From Epiperipatus broadwayi (lineage: Eukaryota > Animalia > Onychophora): DNA of 64,000 bases. A program made the translations under genes and the position numbers. Shown here one piece after another: positions 40,960-52,897 of the stretch (position 1 is the first letter of the stretch; the number at the start of each line of letters is the position of its first letter). The stretch spans positions 10,292,001-10,356,000 of the forward strand of contig JAQFVV010000005.1 in NCBI GenBank assembly GCA_028023455.1, written 5' to 3'. The notes under the pieces were generated by a model, which was not told where the DNA came from, searched no databases, and worked only from the letters and a program-made list of their open reading frames with translations.

Positions 40960-42507
40960 TTTATAATTATAGTAATACTAGTAGAAAAATGCACTGCAGT
41001 ATGTGTGTTTGGGATAATTGTGTGAGACTTTTTTTATATGTTTTATTAATAGTATTCTTAAGATCTTTATAATGAATAAATGATTAACACTTCTTAATTA
41101 ATATTCTTTACTATTTACTTGCTTTGCTATCATATCATGTATTGTTTATTTAATATATTTCTTCCATGATATATAAATATGCAAGGTGATTATTTTAGAT
41201 CAACCAACTTCCACACTTAGAACTGCATCTGGAGTTGCACTTAAATTTCTAATTTTAGTTAGCAATCTCACTTTTATCTAATAAATTTTTCATTACTTTT
41301 GGATATATAAATGTCTATATTATGAGTGTCTATCATGAGAAATAAGGGTAAATAATTTTAAATTGTTTAATTAACAAAATAATAGATACTCATCATAGAC
41401 ATAAGCATTATAACATATCCAAATAATTTATTTGCACTTGTAAATATTTTTCTTTGAAATTTTTTTTCTACATTGAATGATAATTTGTTCTATATTTTTT
41501 AATATATATATATATATTTTTGTAAATAAATATTATGAAGTTTTTCTTAATTGAAAAAGTCTCTCTAGCTTTGTTGATCCAGCATTTACATTCAATCCTA
41601 TAACCAATATTTTACACATACACGTAACTCTTTGATGAGCATGAGAGAAAAATGTTAAATAAAGATTATTTCTTACTAATAAATAGAATGAGCTAATTTA
41701 GTAATTGATTGTCAGTTTGCATAGGTACATCCCTGTTAAGAGAGTCGAACATGAATTCTTCCTGAGTTTGAATATCTGAGGCAATGGTTCCATAAAAGAA
41801 TGGAGCGATGTTAGATGAACTGATTTAAATTACATGTAGATTTGATAGATAATGCTTAGGCTAGTCTATGAAAGATAGATGTAATCATGAGTCATGTACT
41901 TCATCGTGTAAGCTTTAGCATCCTACATGAAGACCCTAGGTCCAACAGTAGTTAGATGCAATCTTGCTCTCTTTCCCCGGTACATGTGGTTGGACCAGAC
42001 CATTACTTCTGGCTCCCAAACGTTTTAGGCATGAGCATATTATAGTTGCAAGGGAGGTTTAGCCATTGGACAGAAATTTAAAGGAAAAAAAAAATTTTTT
42101 TTCTTGAACATTTTTAAGCTTGCCACTTGTCTAACAAGTTCAATTAATATCAAACCTCTATTGTACCTATGCCTACAATAAATAAATAGCATACCTAAAT
42201 ATTAGATAAGAACACAAAACACCTAAAACTAAATATTAATAATAATAAAAATTTATGTATAAGGAATGAATGTGGGATCAATAAATAGAGACTTGTGAAA
42301 CAATTAAATCATGAATAAATTGGCACTAAAATAGAGGATGTAAAAACTAAGCTAAAATGTAGATAGGCAAAATAGCAGAAATAAAACATGATATAGAGGT
42401 TAAAGCTACACATGGCATAGTTAGGGAAAATGTGAAATATGCGACAATTATCTGTTATATTTTATAAGTAAAAGTAGTTTAAAATATTTAATTAATGCTA
42501 TTAAGAA

Positions 42508-43582
42508 GTGGAGAAAAAATTACTGAGTATGGAGACAGAATATTGCCAAGAAGAAATTAGTAATATTGATGTTGTGGTAGGTGAAATTGATGTTAGCCGT
42601 AAGGGAGAGTCTCTGCCTAGTCAAACATCTGGGCGGTCTGTGACTGAAGGTGACCACTTTCCATGGACATGTTGGGATGATGAAATGATCATTGAGGCAC
42701 GAGAAACTTATGTAGAAGAAACAGTTCAATCACCCCGAATTGAAGTGGTCCAGACTATGGAAGATACCATAACAATGGCACAATCGGCTCAGATTATCAA
42801 AAATATGGAAAGTAATATGGAATCTAAGATGGGTAATATGGCAACCAAGACTGATTTTGCTAATATGGAATCTAATATGAATAATGTGGAGACAAGATTG
42901 AAGGCTGATAGTGATGATATGAAGGCTAAGATGGAAAATATAGAAGGAAGCATGAAGCACTTGAGTGACAATATGACTACTAAAGAAGTTGAGACAATAA
43001 GTAGAAAAGTGAGTGATATAGAAAATAGAATGGGTGATATGGTTACCAAGGTTGATGTTGCTAATGTGGAGATAAGATTGGTCAATATAATGGCTATTTT
43101 TAGAGAATACAAAGAAGAAATGAAGAGTGATAGGAAGCAAGATGTGAGCCAGAAATTAGACAGTAACCTCAGCGGGCTGCAAAACCATGTAAACAGCAAG
43201 AAGGAAGAAACAAACCATGGGATGAATGAAATTATACAGGAAGACATACCTAAAGTCATTCTTGAATCCAATCCAGGCACTAAACATTTTTTTATTGCTG
43301 AAACTTCACTTGACCGTGAATTATGAAATTATACAGGAAGACATACCTAAAGTCATTCTTGAATCCAATCCAGGCACTAAACATTTTTTTATTGCTGAAA
43401 CTTCACTTGACCGTGAATTTTTTATTAGTTGTACTCTTCAAGTCTCCAAAGATGAGATAGAAAATCATTCCACCAGTTTTAAGTTGGGAGAAGTGATCCA
43501 AAAAACATGTCAGAGTGATGCTGGTTCCCATATATTAACCCTATCCATGAATAGTGTAGAAACAGAAAGGTTATGTAACTAA
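42508..43582 (+). pseudogene. gag-like coiled-coil ORF broken by a 97-bp tandem duplication
   Basis: Met/Glu/Lys-rich heptad region downstream of the PBS; units 43226-43322 and 43323-43419 are identical. Confidence 0.55.
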
Positions 43583-44450
43583 GAGATACAAGTTAATGTG
43601 AGCATTTGATGCTCAAGGTTTAAAGTTTGCTCTCAACATAAGGCCCAAGAATATAATGACCACATCTGGAAAAAACTTTTAGCTATTCAGAGGATATTTA
43701 CAGAAGAAAATTGCCTCCTTATGAAAGCTAAATGTGATAAAGCAAATGAAATCTATAGATTTGATCATCTTGAGAGTATGTTATGGTACATAAAATGTTT
43801 CCATAACCAAAAAGATGTCCAAATCATATAGAGTTGTAAAGTGATAACAGATACAACCATATTAAACAGCAGTAGCCATAAAAGTTCACAATACCATAAG
43901 TTATGCAACATGTACAAGTCCATTTACATTCATTAGGCAAATGGATAATGATGCCTAAATTTAAAAAAAAAGATGGTATATAGCATGGGATAGACTTCAA
44001 AAATTGCATACTTGGAATATGAAAATGTTTTTTTCCAAATGGTTGAATCCCAATAAGGCTTCCCAAAAGGAAAATTAAATCAATGTATATATGTAAAATA
44101 ATTGACAGTGACATGAATGTTCAAGACAATATTGAAAACCAGATAGAGCAAAGAATGCACACACATATGTCTATTAAGATATAAAGGTTAAGTCATTTCA
44201 ACACAATAATATTATGAATCACCAATACCATTTGTAAAAATGTATATATATACCCACAGCTGTACATCATGACATAAATGCTGAAATAGCTACTTATTAA
44301 AGCAAAACTAAGAAGCAAGAATGAGAAGGAAAATCCATATAAATTTCAGATAGGGAACAGAGTAATTATACTCACCACCAAAACAAAACCCCCAAGAAAA
44401 CAAGTATTAGAAATTTTACGATCAATAGAGACCATATACCACAGTAAATT

Positions 44451-44782
44451 AGTTCAGCCCTAATGTTTTGGGTTAAACAGAAGTTAGAGGCACATACAAT
44501 GCCAGGATATTGAAACCATATCTCAGTCAATCAATATAATAGTGTGAGATTAGTAATTTCATTATTAAATAATGTAAATAGAGTTAGCAGTAGAAATGAT
44601 AAAGAAGTTTAAAGAAAGTTCAGCCCTAATGTTTTAGGTTAAACAGAAGTTAGAGGCACATACAATGCCAGGATATTGAAACCGTATCTCAGTCAATCAA
44701 TATAATAGTGTGAGATTAGTAATTTCATCATTAAATAATGTAAATAGAGTTAGCAGTAGAAATGATAAAGAAGTTTAAAGAA
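44451..44782 (+). repeat. 166-bp tandem duplication
   Basis: agttcagccctaatgtttt...gaagtttaaagaa occurs at 44451 and 44617 with few mismatches. Confidence 0.9.
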
Positions 44783-47700
44783 AAAAAAGGTGAAAGAACA
44801 TCAAAAAAATGTTATTAGGGTAGTAATGATTAAGACATAGTATTTATGAGGGTATACTTCAGTAAATATGCTGGGATACCTTAGAACTGACCACATTTTT
44901 AAAGTCAATCCACGCATGGCGATGGATACTCTGGTTCACGTAATTTTCAAAATCCAATAAGTCTCCAGAGAAGAGCAGGAAAGAGATTAGTGAACGATAT
45001 ATATTATCTAGAATAGAGATACATAAATGGTCAGGCTCCAACCATAAAGTTTAAAAGAAAATATATTTTACCCTAAGTTAGATTCTCACTTGGTATGATA
45101 TATAATTTTTAAGAGAGGGAATGCCAGGATAGGTATTCAAAATTGAAAGATTGAAGAGGAAACATAAGAAAGTAAGTGTTGTGATTTTTCAATGATAACA
45201 AGGGAATTAATATGCCCCAAAATGAACATACTTTATGCCCATTAGAAGTTAAAATTTTGATTTATAAGTAAAATTTTAATCTTATGTAGGAGACAGGAAT
45301 TATGAGGGTAGCTTAAAATTGCACCCACAACAAACCTTAGCCACCTAAAATAATGAATTGTTTTTAATCAGAATGTAAATATAAAATAAATACTAAGTTT
45401 TGCCAGAACACTCTTAAAAAATATAAATGTTTAAATAGTGATGACAGTGTACTAATTGTATGTTAAATACTGGGGATGATAGAACATTTACAGTAAAATC
45501 ATATATATTAGTAATAAAATTCTAGTGTTTAATAAAAAAAAATATTTAAACATTGATAAAATTTATATATATGTTGACAATGGTATTGTGTTGATTATAA
45601 TAAATATAGACAATGACTTAAATGATGAAAAAAGTCATAGCAATAAAAAAATCAAGTATTGTACTAAATAACTGAATGTTAGAAAGAGATAAATTAAATA
45701 ACTGAATGTTAGAAAGAGATTTTTTTTTTTTAATGAATCGATAAACTATTTTTATAATGCAACAATAGGCACGTCTGCGATTAAACAATGGAAATGACAC
45801 CGGGTATAAAAAGGAAAACAATTAAAAATCCTTCTTTATTATAGTGTGTTTGTCATAAAAAGTCAATTTTATTGAAGCATTTATTTTAATAACATTTTTC
45901 TACAAAATCGACATTTTTTGAATCAGCGTCTCAAAAAATATTAATCTTTTTCTATTTATTTGCCATTTAAGAAAAGAATTAAGGAAGCACATAGAAGATT
46001 CTTATACCAGCTAAATAATCAGATAAGTGTAAAATAACTTATAAATTAAAAAAAAAAGTATTGATTTTTTTTTAAAGAAACTAAAAAAGAAATTAGAACG
46101 GTTTATTCGTTAAAAGTTTATATAGCCAATATCACAGATAATAATTAGCTGTTTTATTTTTTTTTTTTATTAAATGTGAACTGCATATATATATAAACCT
46201 AGATATATATTGCAAAATGTGATAGAATGATTGTCTTCAGGTAGAGCATTTAACCACTATGTCCATGTGAAATTAATATCTGTCTACATTAGAATGCCTG
46301 ATAATCTGGATCCACACAGGATGAAAGTCTACATGAGGAATAAAACAAAATCACCCCCTGCTGAGATAAATGTTCAGACTGTACTATTCAGAATTAATAA
46401 GGAGTTCTCAACATTTATAATTAAAAAAATTCATAAATTGTAAGAACTGTTTATGTAAGGACTCTGAGAATGAATTGTGCCTGATCGTATAGATTCATGA
46501 AATATTGTAAATATTTTTTCTTTTGTATAAATATGTATTTTTATTTTATTATCTGTCTTATATTTGGGAAGTATTCATGTTTTAATTCAACAATTTGGAA
46601 CAGTCCAACATAAGAAAGTGTCAAGAGAGTAGGGGTGTGTGTGAAAAGTCTGATTTCTTTTTCTTTAAAATTTAGGTAATTTTTCGGCCAAAATACTTGA
46701 TTTTTCATGTATGACTATGAAATTGAGTGATCAAACAGAATACTTAAACGGTAAGAATTTTTCTCTTTTCAAGTCATTAAAATAACCAATGCCCCAACAT
46801 GACATGACTATTCATATTATGTATTATATGTTTTACTAATAGTATTCTTAAGATCTTTATAATGAATAAATGGTTAACACTTCTTAATTAATATTCTTTA
46901 CTATTTACTTGCTTTGCTATCATCTCATGTACTGTTTATTATTATATTTCTTCCACGATATATAAATATGCAAGGTAATTATTTTAGATCAACCAACTTC
47001 CACACTTAGAACTGCATCTGGAGTTGCACTTAAATTTCTAATTTTAGTTAGCCATCTCACTTTTATCTAATGAATTTTTTATTACCTTTGGATATATAAA
47101 TGTCTATATTATGAGTCTATCATGGGAAATAAGGGTAAATAATTTTAAATTGTTTAATTAACAAAATGATAGATACTCGTCATAAACATAAAAGTTATAA
47201 GTACAGAGGAACATATCCAAATAATGTATTTGCACTAGTAAATATTTTTCTTTGAATTTTCTTTTCTACATTGCTTGATAATTTGTTCTATATTTTTTAA
47301 TATATTTTGTTTTTTTGTAAATAAATATTATGAAATTTTGTTTAATTGACAGTCTCTCTAGTTTTGTTTATCCAGCATTTACATTCAATCCTACAACCAA
47401 TATTTTACACATGCACACACACATTACTCTTTGATAAGCATGAGAGAAAAATGTTAAATAAAGGTTATTTCTTAGTAATTTAGTAATTGATTGTTAGTCT
47501 GCATAGGTACATCCCTGTTAAGAGTCGAACGTGAATTCTTCCTGAGTTCGAATATCTGAGGCAATGGTTCTGTAAAAGAGTGACGAGATGTTAGATGAAC
47601 TGATTTAAATTACGTGGATTTGATAGATAATGCTTAGGCTAATGTATTAAAGATAGATGTAATCATGAGTCATGTACTTCACCATGTCATCTTTAGCATC

Positions 47701-47786
47701 CTACATGAAGACCCTAGGTCTGACAGTAGTTAGATGCGATCTTGCTCTCTTTTCCCAGCATACGTGGTTGGATTGGACTGTTACAG

Positions 47787-48580
47787 TATTGAACTGAATT
47801 CAGATCTATATAACTATATAAGATAATGAGCTTGGATTAAAAATATAATGGTGTTTTCAATTTAAGACTCTTAGTTTTGTAGTTGATATAAAAGGTGGTT
47901 GCTGGAGGGTTCCATTAGATCCTAAGATCTAGGTGCAATGCTCTCAGGTTCAAGGCTCCTCCCTGATGAAGGCCATAAGCCAGAAACTAGTCTGGGGATA
48001 TTGGATGAGTAGGCATTAGATGGGGATTTTAAGCACAAACCTTCTGGCATCCATTGATTACTCTGACTTGCATTGAGTGGCAATACATATAGTTTTGCTT
48101 GTTTGAATAACTGTTATAAGCAAGCATAAAAAATGGTGATCATGTGATGTTATCGGCTTAAAACCAATCCTACCTAATAGAACAGTGGTGGCTATGGTTA
48201 TTAAAGAACCAGTCACCAAGATATATAGGAACTGAACTAAGTTCAGACCTATATAAGCTAATGGGCTTGGATGTGAAATATTATGTTTTCAATTTAAGAC
48301 TCATAGTTTTGCAGTTAAGTAGAAATAAAACGTGACTGCTGGAGAGTTGCATTAGATCCTAATATCTAGGTGCAGTGCTCTCAGGTTCAAGGCTCATCAC
48401 TGATGAAGGACACAAGCCAGAAACTAGTCTGGGGATATTGGATGAGTTAGGCACTAGATGGGGATTTTATGCACAAAGCCTTCTGGCATCCATTGACTAC
48501 TCTGGCTTGCATTGAATGCCTGTTTTAATAACAGTTATAAGCAAGCATAAGAAATGATGATCATGTGATGTTTATTGGCT
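47787..48580 (+). mobile_element. Family B tandem dimer, each unit with a hammerhead motif (437-nt period)
   Basis: CTGATGA at 47963 and 48400; GAAAC-TA-GTC predicted cleavage after 47992 and 48429. Units colinear from gaactgaa..ttcaga to tcatgtgatgttat. Confidence 0.85.
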
Positions 48581-49401
48581 ATATATATATATATGCTTAC
48601 ATACATGTTTCATGTCAGTTATTTAAAATTACTAAGATATTGATTGTAAAATGTAAAGATTTTATTTAAATAATTTTAATAAATAAAACATATATATATG
48701 CACACATAAACATATACCGTATGCGTAATTATAAAATTATATTTTACATTAATTTAAAATAAAATAGTTTTCTAAAAATTGTAAAATTATAAATTTAGTC
48801 TAAAGGTATTTTAAAAAGAAAAGGTATTTTTGTTAACAATTATAAATGAAAATGACATTCTTAAGAACGAATTAAAATGCTTGTAAACAGATCGATCAAT
48901 TAACTTCTTAAGAAGATAAATACCTGACATAATGCATTTAAAAACAGGTTTTTTGTAAACCCAGATCAAAAATAAAAATCTGCAATTAAGGTACCGGTAA
49001 ATAAGCGGTGGATCTCAATGGAGTTTCTGGAGTTATCTATACCCAATGGATTAAAAGATCCAAAAGATCAGTGATTGATCTGAAGTTTACTAATCTAACT
49101 TTAGAGACTATAAATAGTGCTTATAATTAGATTCAAGATTCTTCTGCTATTCTACAATTATTCTGCTGTTTGTAATTATTATTCTCTCATTATTCTGCAT
49201 TATAACTATTGCATTATTATTCTGCCATGTGCTATAATTATTTTGCTATTCTCAGTCAGAACTTAATTATATTCAGGGCTTTTTTTGTCATGTAATGTAG
49301 TGAAATTGTATTCAGCACCATTTTTAGTGTAGTTTTATGGTTTCAAACATAATTTGATGAAAGGGTATAATACATACATAATTATAATCCATATATATAT
49401 A

Positions 49402-52169
49402 CAGGCAGTCCCCTAGTTACAAACATTTGTTTCCTGATATGTATTTGGAAATTGAAATTGTTTGAAAGTAGAGGTCTGTAAAAAAACATCAAAAAGGGTT
49501 TTCAAAATACAGTATTTATTTTTTATTGATTAGTATCTGGAGTTAGGTTTACAAATTTATCAAGAGTTAATTGAATTGTATTCTTTTTTCTTCTCTTGAA
49601 AAGAAGTCTGTAACATTCTGTGTCTTTTTCTATTGACCTTCATACATAAGATATACACTCTCCATTGGGATCAAATTCTTCCATGAAGGTCAAAAATTTG
49701 TCAAGATGCATGAAGGCTTCATCCATATTCTCAATTGTCAAACTCTTAATAAGCTCATTATTAGGTTCTTCTTCATTTTGTATTTCATTCATCTCTTGTA
49801 GTTTAATCAAGTCTTCATTTGACAGAGGTTCTGAGTGACATTGCATTAACTCATCAATATCTTCATCAGTGACATCTAAATTTAATTTATTCATTATATT
49901 GACTATTTCAGTTATGATATTTTCAGGAATTTCTTCAATGTCCATAAAAGCATTCATCATTTGTGGATATATTTTTTCCCAACAATCTTTCATTGTTGAC
50001 TCTGTTATTTCAGCATACACACCCCAATAATATTCATTGCATTCCATATATTATTTTCCAAAAATCTCTTAGTGTAGGTCCACCTTCCTTGTCAATTGCA
50101 TTGAGTCATTAATCTTTTCACATAATACTGCTTAAAAGTAGCTATCACAGTTTGGTCCATAGATTATATTTCACTTGTGGTATTGGGAGGGATAAACACA
50201 ACATTAATTTCTGGATATAAATTTTGCAGGGATTTTGAATGTCCAGAAGAATTATCTAAGAGCAATAGTATTTTAAATGGTAAATTATTCTCACTACACT
50301 ATTGCCTAACAGAAGGCACAAAATGATGTGAGAACCAATCTTGAAAAAGCTGTGCAGTAGCCCAGGCTTTAGGATTTGATTTCCAAATGACTGGAAGAAT
50401 TCTTTTATCTTTTCCTTTTAATGCTCTAGGATTTTCTGTCTGGTAAATTAACATTCACTTCAATTTAAAATCAGCTAAATTACCTCCAAGCAGCAATGTT
50501 AATCTATGTCTAGGTGCAACTGATTCTTCCTTTGCTAAATATGTACATGTAGGCATCTTTTTACAAAATAATCCTGTGTTATCTACATTGAAGACTAGGT
50601 ATGGGAAATAAGCTCCATCTTTAATGATATTAGAGAAAGTGGAAATAAATTCACTGACAGCTTTTTTATCTGTGCTGTCACCTTCCCAGTACATTTAATA
50701 TTATATAAAAAATATCTCATTTTAAATTTGTGAAACCAGCCATTGCTAGCTACAAAATCAACAGCAGTCTTTGTTTAATTCTTTCTTCCAATCTTCATGC
50801 AAACTAAGAGCCTCCACTTGAATAATTGATAAACTCACTGGGATGCCTTTTTCATGTTGATCTTCAATCCATAAGCCAAAGATTTCTCCATTCCATCCAT
50901 TATTCTGCATGTCTTTTTGAAACAATCTTTGAAGAAATATTTCCACAATTTTTAACATATTCCTTAATTTTATTCTTGTTTTTCACAATTGTATATATTG
51001 TTGATTGATTTAAATTACATGAACGTGCGATTGAAGCAAAAGATTCACCATTTTCAGAACATCTAATTATACATTTTTGTCTCGACCGTTTCGGGTTTAT
51101 GAGATCTTGATTTCTTTTTAATTGTATCAACACAGCTGTTTTTTCTTTTCTCATTCATATTTTTAATTAATAAGAATGTACAAATTAAAAAGCGTATGAA
51201 ACACTTGAACGAGAAGCTATACAGATTCCAAAAATTACTATATGCTAAATGCTTTCGAGGCCATTTGCCTCATATTCATAGCGGTAATGCGAGGTGCAGA
51301 ATGAGGAAATAGGCAAAATTATAAACAAATTTATCACGGTTAAGCTTATTGTTGAATTGTACGACAGGAGTGAGTTGTAGATTTGCAATTTGTTCGTTTA
51401 TTTTTTTTTTGTCTTATAATCCTGAGAATGTAAAAGCACAAATATATTGCCATTGTCTTCTTTAAGGCAAATTAAATTATTACGATCTAGAAACTGTTTT
51501 GTAATCTTGATGTCGCTATTCCAGCTATTATCTTTTATGTATAACTGTTTCTGTTTAATAGATTTAGATATATCTGTTATGATTCCTCATTCTGCACCTC
51601 GCATTACCGCTATGAATATGAGGCAAATGGCCTCGAAAGCGCTTAGCGTATAGTAATTTTTGGAATCTGTATAGCTTCTCGTTCAAGTGTTTCATACGCT
51701 TTTTAATTTGTATATTAAATTATCGAGGGAGAAGTTTTAAAATCCTTAATATTTAATAAGAATGGGAAAAAAATCACCAAAACAGAAATATATAGTGTAT
51801 ATGTAACGTAATCACACACAAAAACAAAAATATATACATTGTATATGTAACATAATCAAACACAAACTATTTTTAGAAATGAGCAGTAATCACGACAGTC
51901 CATGACGATGCTAAAAATAAAAGTAATCAATATCAGAGAGATGGGAAGATTTACTGTAATTTATAAAGGTTTTTTTATAGTTCTTGAAAATATACTTTTA
52001 ATCATTTTCTAAATTCTAGTTGATCTTTCTTTAGAAAAAAATTCAATTACGAATGTATGTAAATAGTTTTTTTTTATCATGTACATAAATAAAAATCTAA
52101 AGTCCAAAAGCAATTATGTAATAGCGAAATGTTTGTAACTCAAAACATTTGTAACTAGTGGACTTCCTG
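49402..52169 (-). mobile_element. Tigger/pogo (CENP-B-related) DNA transposon, full length, transposase disrupted
   Basis: TIRs caggcagtcccctagttacaaa (49402) and tttgtaactagtggacttcctg (ends 52169); TA TSD on both sides. HTH (SIARSCNLNQSTIYTI, WIEDQ) and DDE_1 (FNVDNTGLF, LLLLDNSSGH) fragments at 49640-51154. Confidence 0.9.
51181..51710. mobile_element. 530-bp MITE with ~128-bp TIRs nested in the Tigger element
   Basis: caaattaaaaagcgtatg... (51181-51308) is the reverse complement of 51583-51710; TA on both flanks. Confidence 0.85.
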
Positions 52170-52479
52170 TAATTCATACAAATAAAAAAATTTATTTTAT
52201 GAATCAGATGAAATATGAATGGATTCAAAATTGGAGCTCTCATGTTGTGAGAAGTGGATTCGACCACATCCCCATTGGTCACTCATGGTCAATGACAGAT
52301 TATAGTGACGCATGTGCAGTCAATAATGCTGACTTTTATGATTGGATGCACCTGTGTAGTGATTGACAATTTGTGAAATATTTAATTTATTTTTATGTAA
52401 ATTTGATGTTATTTTTATTTTATTTATTTTTTAATGTAAAAGTTTACCCAATTTAAAAATGAAAAACATTTCCAGTTAC

Positions 52480-52870
52480 TTCTTGACTATTGGTCCCACT
52501 AATACAAAGTCCAAAATGATGACAGAAAATATGGAAAGATTAGTGCAAATTTATGTTCTTGAATCATCTCAAGCGGATCTTGAGGTTCAATACCAAACTC
52601 AAAATGATTGGACGGATTTCTGGTCATTGGATCAAAAATATTATTTTTGCTCAAAAAATGAATGGTTAAACATACACAAAATGAAACTTGGCTGGACACC
52701 TTTCAGAAATGTTAGAACTTTTGGAACTGAAGTGACAATGGGAATGAAAATTTCCAAAGAATTGGCCAACAAGCTTTATCGATAAATGTTGCATGAGAAA
52801 ACCAATAGCTTGAAACCAGTCTGAGGATGGGGATGATTTCTAGATAGCTTTCTTTTGTGGCATTGCTTCA
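52480..52870 (+). mobile_element. Possible BEL/Pao RNase H remnant
   Basis: WTDF.....W......W.PFRNVR followed by LLWH resembles WTDS...W...W..FV.NRV...LWW. Weak. Confidence 0.3.
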
Positions 52871-52897
52871 AATGCAGAAGATAATATCCAAAAATAA

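Larger units (their letters stand above)
41030..47786 (+). mobile_element. Ty3/gypsy-like LTR retrotransposon: LTRs ~41030-42006 and ~46820-47786, decayed internal region
   Basis: ~970-bp direct repeats (~90% by eye); the 3' one ends ttaca. PBS-like tggctcccaaacgt at 42010 resembles tRNA-Lys1,2 PBS TGGCGCCCAACGT. gag-like ORF and FSKYA integrase remnant (~44850). Purine tract aagagagtagggg at ~46623. Confidence 0.75.

Noticed and set aside
41915-41960. catgaagaccctaggtccaacagtagt in the LTRs as a hammerhead relic
   Set aside because: Both conserved boxes are mutated in both LTR copies.
42520-43280. Minus-strand ORFs overlapping the gag-like ORF, and similar ones within the RTE
   Set aside because: Antisense shadows of coding or coding-derived sequence.
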